This document shows, one piece after another, positions 10,279-18,689 of a DNA stretch of 64,000 nt. The number at the start of each line of letters is the position of its first letter. Within the stretch, counting starts at the first letter, position 1. A program made the position numbers and the translations under genes. A model generated the notes under the pieces. The model was not told the origin of the DNA. It searched no databases and saw only the letters and a program-made list of their open reading frames with translations. The DNA comes from Patescibacteria group bacterium (GTDB taxonomy: Bacteria; Patescibacteriota; Minisyncoccia; Phycocordibacterales; Phycocordibacteraceae), in the NCBI GenBank assembly GCA_018971265.1, contig JAGXBE010000001.1:1051-65050 (forward strand), read 5' to 3'.

Positions 10279-12927
10279 ATGACTACTAAAAAACAAAGCG
10301 CCAAGGAAGAGCATAAGCACAAACACGGGAGCGACTGGCTCACTGTGAGGGGTGCGCGTACGCATAACTTGAAAAATATCTCGGTTGAAATGCCACGAGG
10401 CGCAATGACGGTCATCACCGGCCTTTCCGGGAGCGGAAAGTCCTCGCTCGCTTTTGACACCATTTTCGCTGAAGGGCAGCGGCGCTATGTCGAATCACTT
10501 TCCGCGTATGCCCGGCAATTTCTCAATCAGATGGCAAAGCCGGATGTCGACGAGATTGCCGGCCTCTCGCCCGCCATTTCTATAGATCAGAAGAGCCGTT
10601 CCAACAATCCGCGCTCGACGGTTGCCACGGTTACCGAAGTCTATGATTATCTGCGCGTTCTCTACGCGCGTGCAGGCCAGCCGTACTGCGTCCATCACGA
10701 CGTGCCCATCGTGAAGCTATCGAAAGAAGAGATGGTTAAAATGGTATTTGCGCGCGTGGAGGCGAAACGCGCAAGAACGAATACCGAGGTCATGGGCGTT
10801 GCCGTCGACAAGAGTGCCGTAACTATTTATGCACCGGTGGTCGTCGGCCGGAAAGGAGAATACTACCAACTGCTCTACGATCTTCTCGGCAAGGGATACG
10901 AGAAGGTGGTCATCGACGGGAAGCCGCAATTGTTGCGCGAGAAAATCGCCCTCGATAGGAACAAGCGTCACGATATCGACGCCGTAGTCGATAGCATCTT
11001 CGTTTCCGAATTCACGCGCGGGACAGCAAGCGCCCGGGAGCGGCTTTCCGAAGCGCTCGAACTCGCTCTCAAAGAGGCCGATGGCTTGGTGAAAATATCC
11101 CATGCCGACGGTACGCTTGAAACCCTTTCGTCGAAATTCATTTGCCCGGAAGACGGCGCTTCTTTCCCGGAAGTCGAGCCGCGGCTCTTTTCTTTCAACT
11201 CGCCTTACGGCGCGTGCCCCACATGCAACGGACTTGGCACCGAGACTCTTTTTTCCGAAAAATCCTGCCCAACCTGCCTCGGCAAACGTTTGCGGCCCGA
11301 GGCGCTGCGCGTGTACCTTAAAGGAAAGAAAGACAAAACGCTGGGGAAAAATATCGTGGATTTCACCGACATGTCCATCAAAGAAGCGAAAGAGTTCGTC
11401 GACTCTATCGAACTCTCGGAAATGAAATTCGACATCGCCATGCCTATTCTGAAGGAGATAGACAGCCGTCTTACCTTCATGTTGAACGTCGGTCTCGACT
11501 ACCTCACCCTCAATCGTTCGGCGGCGACGCTTTCCGGCGGAGAGGCGCAGCGCATCCGGCTCGCCTCGCAGCTGGGGAGCGGGCTCACCGGTGCGCTTTA
11601 TGTGCTTGACGAGCCGACCATCGGACTCCATCAGCGTGACAACGATCGCCTCATCAAGACGCTGCTCACGCTGAAAGAGCTCGGCAACACCATCCTCGTC
11701 GTCGAACATGACGAAGACACGATTTTTTCTTCCGACTATCTCGTGGACATCGGCCCAGGAGCCGGTACCCACGGCGGCACAGTCGTCGTTTCCGGCTGGC
11801 TCGATGATCTTTTGACCGCGAAGGAAAACGAGACCGGTTCCGCGACGCTCGCGTACCTGCGTCAAGAGAGAGAAATTTCCGTCCCGGAGACGCGCCGCAC
11901 GAGCGAAAAGGGTTCTCTAAAAGTGCGCGGTGCAACGCTCCATAATCTTGTGAACCAAAACATCGACATACCCCTAGGGAAGCTCGTGTGCATTACGGGA
12001 GTGTCCGGAAGCGGCAAATCGACCTTCCTCTACGACATTTTGCATCGCAATATCGCCGCCCGATTTGCGAAGCGGGAAGCAAAGCTCGAGCACATCGCCT
12101 CACTCACCGGCACCGAATACATCGGTCGCGCAGTGCTCATCGATCAGTCTCCCATCGGCCGGACACCGCGCAGCAACCCCGCGACCTATACCGGCGCCTT
12201 TACGCACATTCGCGACCTCTTTGCTGCGACTGCCGAAGCGCGCGCGCGCGGCTGGAAACCGGGACGCTTTTCTTTCAATGTTCCCGGCGGACGCTGCGAG
12301 GCCTGCCAGGGAAACGGTTCCATCGCGGTGGAGATGCATTTCCTCCCGACCGTCTACGTGACCTGCGACATCTGTCTCGGCAACCGCTTCATGAAGGAGA
12401 CGCTCGAGATAACCTATCGAGGGAAAAATATCCATGAAGTGCTTCAAATGACCGTTGAGGATGCGGAGAAGTTTTTCGGCGACATCCCCGCCATCAATGA
12501 CCGGCTCTCGAGTCTGAATGCGACCGGGCTCGAATATCTCACGCTCGGACAGAGCGCGACGACGCTTTCGGGCGGGGAGGCGCAGCGTGTGAAAATCGCA
12601 AGCGAGCTGTACCGCAAAGTAACGATGAAAACCATTTACCTGCTCGACGAGCCGACCGTCGGCCTCCACTATGAGGATGTGAAGAAGCTTATCGAGATTC
12701 TGCAGGAACTCGTGCGGCGCGGGAGCACCGTCGTTGTCATCGAGCACAATCTTGATGTCATCAAAAGTGCGGACCATCTCATCGACTTCGGTCCCGAGGG
12801 CGGTGTGGGCGGCGGCAAAGTGGTCGCAAAAGGTACACCCGAAGAAGTCGCCGATACGGAGGGTTCCCACACGGGCGAATATCTTTCGAAGATTCTGAAA
12901 CGCCATGCAACGAAGCGAGCTCGTTAA
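10279..12927 (+). CDS. uvrA: Excinuclease ABC subunit A
   Basis: GARTHNLKN, two ABC modules ([18 protein letters not shown]; LSGGEAQR twice), zinc-finger cysteines. Confidence 0.98.
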   Translation: MTTKKQSAKEEHKHKHGSDWLTVRGARTHNLKNISVEMPRGAMTVITGLSGSGKSSLAFDTIFAEGQRRYVESLSAYARQFLNQMAKPDVDEIAGLSPAISIDQKSRSNNPRSTVATVTEVYDYLRVLYARAGQPYCVHHDVPIVKLSKEEMVKMVFARVEAKRARTNTEVMGVAVDKSAVTIYAPVVVGRKGEYYQLLYDLLGKGYEKVVIDGKPQLLREKIALDRNKRHDIDAVVDSIFVSEFTRGTASARERLSEALELALKEADGLVKISHADGTLETLSSKFICPEDGASFPEVEPRLFSFNSPYGACPTCNGLGTETLFSEKSCPTCLGKRLRPEALRVYLKGKKDKTLGKNIVDFTDMSIKEAKEFVDSIELSEMKFDIAMPILKEIDSRLTFMLNVGLDYLTLNRSAATLSGGEAQRIRLASQLGSGLTGALYVLDEPTIGLHQRDNDRLIKTLLTLKELGNTILVVEHDEDTIFSSDYLVDIGPGAGTHGGTVVVSGWLDDLLTAKENETGSATLAYLRQEREISVPETRRTSEKGSLKVRGATLHNLVNQNIDIPLGKLVCITGVSGSGKSTFLYDILHRNIAARFAKREAKLEHIASLTGTEYIGRAVLIDQSPIGRTPRSNPATYTGAFTHIRDLFAATAEARARGWKPGRFSFNVPGGRCEACQGNGSIAVEMHFLPTVYVTCDICLGNRFMKETLEITYRGKNIHEVLQMTVEDAEKFFGDIPAINDRLSSLNATGLEYLTLGQSATTLSGGEAQRVKIASELYRKVTMKTIYLLDEPTVGLHYEDVKKLIEILQELVRRGSTVVVIEHNLDVIKSADHLIDFGPEGGVGGGKVVAKGTPEEVADTEGSHTGEYLSKILKRHATKRAR

Positions 12928-14143
12928 ATTCGACCTGCCGGACGTACCCGGTGTGTACCTGTTCAAGCAGGGGAGAAAGATTCTGTATGTCGGGAAAGCG
13001 ACAAATTTGCGGGACCGTGTGAAGTCGTATTTCGACGATGATCTGATAGCGACGCGCGGCCCGCGCGTTGTGGACATGGTGACGAAAGCCGATCGCATCG
13101 CCTTTGAAACGACACCAACGGTGCTTGAGGCGCTTGTGCGCGAAGCCGCACTCATTAAGAAACACCGTCCGTCTGCAAATACCGAAGGGAAAGACGATAA
13201 GACTTTTCTTTACGCGGCGATAACAAACGAGATGATTCCGCGCGTGCTCATGATACGCGGGAAGGATATTGATTTTAAGAATAAAAAATCGCAAGACATC
13301 GCCTTGCGTGCCCTCTATGGCCCGTTCCCGTCGGGCGCACAGTTGAAAGAGGGCCTGCGCCTCATACGCCGCATTTTCCCATTTTTTGATACAGCGAAAC
13401 CAGTGACGGTGCAGAGTAAACACCAAGCGGCGAAGATTGAATTCAACGCGCAGATTAAGCAATACCCCCGTACGTTCGAGGCCGGTGAGTATCGTCGTAC
13501 GATACGGCGGGTGATGCTTTTTTTGAGTGGTCGCGGCAAAGAGCTGCGCGCTCTGCTCGAACACGAGATGCGTGCGGCGGCGAAGAACGAGCGATTTGAA
13601 GACGCAGCCGAAGCGCGCCGCGAGCTTTTTGCGCTCGACCATATTCAAGACGTTTCGCTCATCAAGGATGGAAACCTTACAGGGCTCCGAGCGAATACCG
13701 CAAGCGCCCGCATCGAGGCCTATGACACTGCGCACCTTTCAGGCACGAACGCAATCGGTGTCATGACGGTGATTGAGGACGGCGTGCCGGCCAGACGCGA
13801 GTACCGGACGTTTCGCATACGCAGCGTTCAGAAGAACGATGACATTGCGTCCCTGAAGGAGATACTCATGCGGCGCATCAAGCATCCGGAGTGGTCATTT
13901 CCGAAAGCGATTATTGTGGATGGTGGGAAAGCGCATAAAAAAGCCGCGGAAAATGTGCTGAGTGCGGCTGGCCTCAATATTCCGGTCATAGCCGTGGTAA
14001 AGGATGAACGGCACCGGCCGCGCGAAGTTATCGGCGCACACCGGGTGTTCGTAAGCGATGCCGATGCCGTACTTGCCAATAGCGAGGCGCACCGCTTTTC
14101 GCTTGCGCGGCATCGACGCGCCCGGAGTAAAAGCATTCGTTAA
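12905..14143 (+). CDS. uvrC: Excinuclease ABC subunit C, compact form lacking the C-terminal HhH domain
   Basis: GIY-YIG (PGVYLF..LYVGKA..LRDRVKSYF), UVR motif (FEDAAEAR), RNase H-like domain (IEAYDTAH, IIVDGG); ends after EAHRF. Confidence 0.9.
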   Translation: MQRSELVKFDLPDVPGVYLFKQGRKILYVGKATNLRDRVKSYFDDDLIATRGPRVVDMVTKADRIAFETTPTVLEALVREAALIKKHRPSANTEGKDDKTFLYAAITNEMIPRVLMIRGKDIDFKNKKSQDIALRALYGPFPSGAQLKEGLRLIRRIFPFFDTAKPVTVQSKHQAAKIEFNAQIKQYPRTFEAGEYRRTIRRVMLFLSGRGKELRALLEHEMRAAAKNERFEDAAEARRELFALDHIQDVSLIKDGNLTGLRANTASARIEAYDTAHLSGTNAIGVMTVIEDGVPARREYRTFRIRSVQKNDDIASLKEILMRRIKHPEWSFPKAIIVDGGKAHKKAAENVLSAAGLNIPVIAVVKDERHRPREVIGAHRVFVSDADAVLANSEAHRFSLARHRRARSKSIR

Positions 14144-14219
14144 GTACCAAGTTTGACACCGGTGTCTGCGCCTGTAGTATTCATGATGGAATCTTCCATA
14201 AACCGCCGAGGAGTGTGCT

Positions 14220-14633
14220 ATGTTCGAGTCGACTGTCGTCCTCATCAAGCCGGATGGGGTTCTGATGGGGGTCGGCGAAAGAATCATTGAGCGTTATCTG
14301 ATGTCGAAGTTGGGCCTGCACAAACGCAGAGACATTTACTTTTCGCTCCGCCAGGCAGAAACTTTTTATGGCGAGCACGCCGGACGATTTTATTTCCCGG
14401 GACTCGTGTTGGCGATGACCAGCGGGCCATCAATCGCAATGGTGCTGCAGGGGGAGAATGCAGTGGCTCGAGTCCGCGAACTGAACGGAGCGACAAACCC
14501 GAGTAAAGCCGTCCCAGGCACAATCCGGCACGATTTTCGAAGTGCGGGCGGACCGTTTAACACGGTCCACGGTTCGGATAGTGTCGAGGCCGCTCGTAGG
14601 GAAATGGACGTGGTGTTCTGGAACTTAATCTAG
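14220..14633 (+). CDS. ndk: Nucleoside-diphosphate kinase
   Basis: IKPDGV, GATNP, PGTIR, NTVHGSDS (catalytic His); GAGGAG SD upstream. Confidence 0.96.
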   Translation: MFESTVVLIKPDGVLMGVGERIIERYLMSKLGLHKRRDIYFSLRQAETFYGEHAGRFYFPGLVLAMTSGPSIAMVLQGENAVARVRELNGATNPSKAVPGTIRHDFRSAGGPFNTVHGSDSVEAARREMDVVFWNLI

Positions 14634-14650
14634 TCTTGTTCGCCGTTTTG

Positions 14651-14678
14651 CGCCGCTTCTTTGAGCGGCGTTTCTTTT
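14651..14678 (+). terminator. Intrinsic terminator after ndk
   Basis: CGCCGCT-TCTTTG-AGCGGCG followed by TTTCTTTT. Confidence 0.6.
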
Positions 14679-14692
14679 GGTATACTTTCCTC

Positions 14693-15655
14693 ATGCAAAC
14701 TATCGTCGGCGTGCTGCGTGGCGGGCCGTCGCGCGAACATGAAGTCTCGCTCAAGACGGGTGCGGCCATTCTCGCAAATCTGCCTGAAGACCAATTTCTC
14801 GCGCGTGACATTTATATCGATAAAAATGGCGGGTGGCATGATCGCGGGCGCCCAACCGCGCCCGATCGCGTGTTGCGCCAGCTCGATGTTATTCTCATCG
14901 GTCTTCATGGTGAATACGGCGAGGACGGGGGCGTCCAGAAACTGCTCGACCGGTTCGGGGTCCCCTATGCCGGCGCGGATTCCTTCGGTTCGTATCTCGC
15001 GATGCACAAGCTCATGGCAAAAGTGCGCGCGCAAGAGACAGGGCTCTTCACACCGAAGTTCCGGCACATCGAGCGTGTCGCGGATGCCGAGGCGGCAGTA
15101 CGCGAGATCATCCGTGCCTTCCCGCAGCCGGTTGTCGTGAAGCCGGTCGGTTGGGGTTCATCGATCGGTGTTTCCATCGTGGGCGGGTATGCGCCGGTAC
15201 TCGCCGCAATCGAAGGACTTTTTACCGAAGGCGCGCCGAGTGTCCTCGTTGAGGAATATATCCGAGGTCGAGAAGCGACGGTGGGAGTCGTTGAAAAGCT
15301 CAGGAACAAACCGCTTTACGTACTTCCAACAATCGAAATAATACCGCGGAAGGGAAATTTCTTTTCGTATGCCGCCAAATATTCCGGCGAAACACGCGAG
15401 ATTTGTCCGGGCAATTTCTCTCGCGTCGTGACGGAAGAGCTTCAAAAAGCAGCGGAAATAATGCACCGCGCCCTTGGCCTAAGGCATTACTCGCGCACGG
15501 ATTTTCTTATCGCACCGAAAGGCGTGTATTACCTGGAGACCAACACATTGCCAGGCCTTACCGAGGAATCTCTCCTACCGAAATCACTCGCTGCAGTCGG
15601 CGTTTCGTTTCCAGACTTCCTCTCACATCTGGTCAATCTTGCGCTCACGCGGTAG
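14693..15655 (+). CDS. ddl: D-alanine--D-alanine ligase
   Basis: GGPSREHEVSL, LHGEYGEDG, GSSIG, YLETNTLPG. Start 14693 follows TG-G-TATACT by 6 nt. Confidence 0.95.
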   Translation: MQTIVGVLRGGPSREHEVSLKTGAAILANLPEDQFLARDIYIDKNGGWHDRGRPTAPDRVLRQLDVILIGLHGEYGEDGGVQKLLDRFGVPYAGADSFGSYLAMHKLMAKVRAQETGLFTPKFRHIERVADAEAAVREIIRAFPQPVVVKPVGWGSSIGVSIVGGYAPVLAAIEGLFTEGAPSVLVEEYIRGREATVGVVEKLRNKPLYVLPTIEIIPRKGNFFSYAAKYSGETREICPGNFSRVVTEELQKAAEIMHRALGLRHYSRTDFLIAPKGVYYLETNTLPGLTEESLLPKSLAAVGVSFPDFLSHLVNLALTR

Positions 15656-15666
15656 AGTTTCTGCAG

Positions 15667-15739
15667 GGGCCGTTAGCTCAGTTGGTAGAGCACCTCGTTT
15701 GCAACGAGGGGGTCGCAGGTTCGAATCCTGTACGGTCCA
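15667..15739 (+). tRNA. tRNA-Ala(TGC)
   Basis: Cloverleaf GGGCCGT/ACGGTCC-A with G3:U70; anticodon arm CCTCG-TT-TGC-AA-CGAGG; TTCGAAT loop. Confidence 0.96.
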
Positions 15740-15813
15740 CAGAGCGAGAAAAAGTCGGATTATAGCACCGGCTTTTTCTTGCTTTGTGGCGGCGGATGTA
15801 CAGGATTCGAACC
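15718..15813 (+). repeat. Long inverted repeat folding back onto the tRNA-Ala(TGC) T-arm
   Basis: 15737-15758 pairs with 15768-15789 (22 bp, 3 G-U). 15798-15813 is the exact reverse complement of 15718-15733. Confidence 0.9.
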
Positions 15814-15891
15814 GATACGGTCCATCTATCTTTTTATGTTATCCTGCTACAGTTCGCGCTCTTAGCTCAGTTGGTTAGAGCAGTTCGTTCA

Positions 15892-16000
15892 CCCCGTTAG
15901 ATAATTGGGCGGTTAGCTCAGTTGGTTAGAGCGTACGCTTCACACGCGTAAGGTCACAGGTCCGATTCCTGTACCGCCCACCGGGTGTTATCTAACGGGG
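15892..16000. repeat. Perfect 13-bp inverted repeat flanking the nested tRNA
   Basis: CCCCGTTAGATAA (15892-15904) and TTATCTAACGGGG (15988-16000). Confidence 0.92.
15907..15980 (+). tRNA. tRNA-Val(CAC), nested inside another tRNA gene
   Basis: GGGCGGT/ACCGCCC-A acceptor; TACGC-TT-CAC-AC-GCGTA anticodon arm; ACAGG-TCCGATT-CCTGT T-arm. Confidence 0.93.
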
Positions 16001-16061
16001 CAAGCACGCGAAAGGTCAGGGGTTCGAATCCCTTAGAGCGCACACGGGAGGTGTTCTGTGT

Positions 16062-16132
16062 CGGGCCGGAGTATGCCGGTAGTACGCACGCTTCGGGTGC
16101 GTGTAGACCGGGTTCAATTCCCGGCGGCCCGA
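16062..16132 (+). tRNA. tRNA-Pro(CGG)
   Basis: CGGGCCG/CGGCCCG-A; CACGC-TT-CGG-GT-GCGTG; CCGGG-TTCAATT-CCCGG. G at position 8 instead of the usual U. Confidence 0.88.
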
Positions 16133-16220
16133 CAAAGAACATCTCTCGAAGAGAGGTGTTCTGGACCGCCAGGAATTGAGGGCCGGAGCGCGACGGCGTG
16201 AGGCGGGGTCGCGCAACACT

Positions 16221-16314
16221 CACAACGGGCTATAAGCAAAGCTTTCGTCTCCGTTGTTCCGGAGAGAATAATCATAGGAAGACTTGTGTTACTCTTCCTC
16301 CACAACGGGCTATA
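16221..16314 (+). repeat. 14-bp direct repeat duplicating the 5' end of tRNA-Pro(GGG)
   Basis: CACAACGGGCTATA at 16221-16234 and 16301-16314. Confidence 0.8.
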
Positions 16315-16376
16315 GTATACCGGTAGTACGCATGCATGGGGTGCATGTAGACCGGGTTCGATTCCCGGTAGCCCGA
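16306..16376 (+). tRNA. tRNA-Pro(GGG)
   Basis: CGGGCTA/TAGCCCG-A; CATGC-AT-GGG-GT-GCATG; CCGGG-TTCGATT-CCCGG. Confidence 0.94.
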
Positions 16377-16479
16377 AAGTAGCGAAGCGAGGTAAGGAAT
16401 GGGAACGCGGAACGTTCGCCCGGGAATCGAAGGTCGGAAGGGTGAATTTTATTTTTCCGCGTGATAAAATCGTCCCTAT

Positions 16480-16552
16480 GGGCCATTAGCTCAGTTGGTA
16501 GAGCGCGTCATTCGCATTGACGAGGTCAGGAGTTCGACTCTCCTATGGTCCA
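16480..16552 (+). tRNA. tRNA-Ala(CGC)
   Basis: GGGCCAT/ATGGTCC-A with G3:U70; CGTCA-TT-CGC-AT-TGACG. Confidence 0.95.
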
Positions 16553-16561
16553 CCGTGCTTC

Positions 16562-16632
16562 GGGCCTATAGTTCAGCGGTAGAACGCGTCCATGGCATGG
16601 ACGAGGTCGGGGTCCGACTCCCCGTAGGTCCA
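16562..16632 (+). tRNA. tRNA-Ala(GGC)
   Basis: GGGCCTA/TAGGTCC-A with G3:U70; CGTCC-AT-GGC-AT-GGACG; TCCGACT T-loop. Confidence 0.94.
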
Positions 16633-16723
16633 CAAAATTAACGAGCCGTAATCGGCGATTATAATTTTGTAGGATATCGAGGTATTCCGAGGCGCCACAA
16701 ACAAAAAGTGTTACTATAATTTC

Positions 16724-17125
16724 ATGCTAAAAGAATTTAGACAATTTTTACTTCGCGGAAATGTCGTCGATCTGGCGGTTGGCGTCGTAGTCGGCGCAGC
16801 ATTCGGCACAGTTGTATCAGCTCTCGTCTCTGATCTCTTAACCCCGCTTATCGGCGCGGTCGCTAAAGTCCCTGACTTTAGCAAACTCTCGTTCACCCTC
16901 AACGGAAGCACATTCATGTATGGCCACCTCTTTAACGCGCTCATTTCTTTCGTTCTTGTCGCCGGCGCCGTTTTCTTTTTTGTGGTGAAGCCGATGAATT
17001 TGCTCGTTGCGCATTCGCGCACGGAAGCGCCGGCCGATCCGACAACCAGGAAATGTCCGGAATGCATGAGCGAGATTCCAATCAATGCGAAGCGCTGCAT
17101 GTACTGCACGCAAACCGTTGCTTGA
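16724..17125 (+). CDS. mscL: Large-conductance mechanosensitive channel with C-terminal CxxC..CxxC zinc ribbon
   Basis: MLKEFRQFLLRGNVVDLAVGVVVGAAFGTVVSALVSDLLTPLI; tail KCPEC...RCMYC. Confidence 0.95.
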   Translation: MLKEFRQFLLRGNVVDLAVGVVVGAAFGTVVSALVSDLLTPLIGAVAKVPDFSKLSFTLNGSTFMYGHLFNALISFVLVAGAVFFFVVKPMNLLVAHSRTEAPADPTTRKCPECMSEIPINAKRCMYCTQTVA

Positions 17126-17147
17126 GGCAAATGAAGTTTCCGTAAGC

Positions 17148-17184
17148 TAAAAGCAAAACCCGCCCTGGGCGGGTTTTGCTTTTA
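17148..17184. terminator. Bidirectional terminator between convergent mscL and the SWIB gene
   Basis: Perfect palindrome TAAAAGCAAAACCCGCCC-T-GGGCGGGTTTTGCTTTTA. Confidence 0.85.
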
Positions 17185-17201
17185 TAGTTTTTGGACTCGC
17201 G

Positions 17202-17453
17202 TTAGCTTAAATGCGCCGAGACGAGCTTCGTCATCTCGAACATCGTGACCTCGCTTTTGCCGCCGAAAATCGCCTTCAATTTTTCATCGGCGAGAATATT
17301 TCTCTTGTTCTGGGGATTCTGAAGATTGTTCTTCTTGATATATTCCCAAAGCTTCTTAACCACTTCGGTTCGCGGAAGCGGGCCCGCGCCGATGACCGCC
17401 TCCAATTCCGGAGAAAGGTTGAGCGGCTTCGACAAAGCTGAATTCATAGCCAT
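17202..17453 (-). CDS. Stand-alone SWIB/MDM2 domain protein
   Basis: LSPELEAVIG..PRTEVVKKLWEYIKKNNLQNPQNKRNILADEKLKAIF..VTMFEMTKLVSAHL. Confidence 0.92.
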   Translation of the reverse strand: MAMNSALSKPLNLSPELEAVIGAGPLPRTEVVKKLWEYIKKNNLQNPQNKRNILADEKLKAIFGGKSEVTMFEMTKLVSAHLS

Positions 17454-17535
17454 AGAGTGTGAATTTTGTATTATTGCTAACTGACTGAGTATTATATAGC
17501 ACACTTTAGGCCCCATCTGCTAGAATACAATTACC

Positions 17536-18282
17536 ATGCAAGGGGGAATCTCGGTCGTCCTTAAGGCGGAGCAACTTGGCTCCGTTTTCGGTTTTCCTAT
17601 CACCAACGCGCTCGTTATGACCTGGGCGGTTATGCTGCTCCTTATCGGCTTTGCATTTTTCTTCGGCCGCTCACTTTCACTCGTGCCAACCAAGCTTCAA
17701 AGCGCTGTAGAGTGGGCTTTTGAGGGCGCACTCGCCTATATGACCGAGGTTCTTGAAAGCAAAAAGCTTGCGCGGCGGTTTTTCCCGCTCGTCGCATCAA
17801 TTTTCCTTTTCATTGCGATTGCCAACGAGCTTGAATTCTTTCCGGGCGTCGGCTCATTCGGACTCGTGCACGCCACGAATTTCTTGCCTCTACTGCGTAC
17901 GCCGACAACGGACCTCAATTTTACCCTGGCACTCGCAATGATCTCCTTTTTTACCATCGAGATAACGGGTATCGCGACGCTCGGTTTTTTCAAATATGTC
18001 GGAAAATATGTTAACCTTAAATCACCCATCGGATTTGTCGTTGGGCTTATCGAGTTCATCAGCAACCTTGGTCGGCTTATCTCGTTCTCGTTCCGTCTTT
18101 TCGGGAATATCTTTGCCGGCGAGGTAATGGTGTTGGTCGCCGATTATTTCCTACCGTATTTCCTTCCGGCGCCCTTGATGGGGTTTGAGATGTTCATCGG
18201 GTTTGTGCAAGCCCTGGTTTTTGCGATGCTCACCCTTTTCTTCATAAAGCTCGCGATTACGGAGCCGCACGGAGCGCACTAG
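17536..18282 (+). CDS. atpB: F0F1 ATP synthase subunit a
   Basis: PTTDLN, ISFSFRLFGNIFAGE, FVQALVFAML. Confidence 0.96.
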   Translation: MQGGISVVLKAEQLGSVFGFPITNALVMTWAVMLLLIGFAFFFGRSLSLVPTKLQSAVEWAFEGALAYMTEVLESKKLARRFFPLVASIFLFIAIANELEFFPGVGSFGLVHATNFLPLLRTPTTDLNFTLALAMISFFTIEITGIATLGFFKYVGKYVNLKSPIGFVVGLIEFISNLGRLISFSFRLFGNIFAGEVMVLVADYFLPYFLPAPLMGFEMFIGFVQALVFAMLTLFFIKLAITEPHGAH

Positions 18283-18343
18283 TCTTGCCGTCTGCAAGGA
18301 AGCGCACTTTGTACGGCTCTAGACTATGCGGGCTCTTTACTAA

Positions 18344-18592
<249 letters not shown>

Positions 18593-18689
18593 TTTAAGGA
18601 GTCGGTAAATTTCATGATCGCGCCATATGCAGCCCAATATGGGTATCAAAGACTCTGAACCCGCCTCATTCATTAAAAGTTTTTAACGC

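Larger units (their letters stand above)
15856..16042 (+). tRNA. Interrupted (outer) tRNA gene with a large insert in place of the anticodon loop; identity undetermined
   Basis: 5' half GCGCTCT-TA-GCTC-AGTTGGTTA-GAGC-AG-TTCGT; 3' half GCGAA-AGGTC-AGGGG-TTCGAAT-CCCTT-AGAGCGC-A. Acceptor stem is 7/7 Watson-Crick. Confidence 0.8.

Noticed and set aside
15889-16007. Group I/II intron or bulge-helix-bulge intron as the explanation for the tRNA insert
   Set aside because: The insert is too short and mostly tRNA, with no ribozyme core. The unpaired segments face each other as an internal loop rather than flanking a 4-bp helix.
15639-16305. Several short ORFs over the tRNA cluster
   Set aside because: They overlap clear tRNA cloverleaves.
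16632-16692. Fourth antisense trailer after tRNA-Ala(GGC)
   Set aside because: A hairpin is present (ACAAAATTA/TAATTTTGT), but the match to the T-arm is too degenerate to count.
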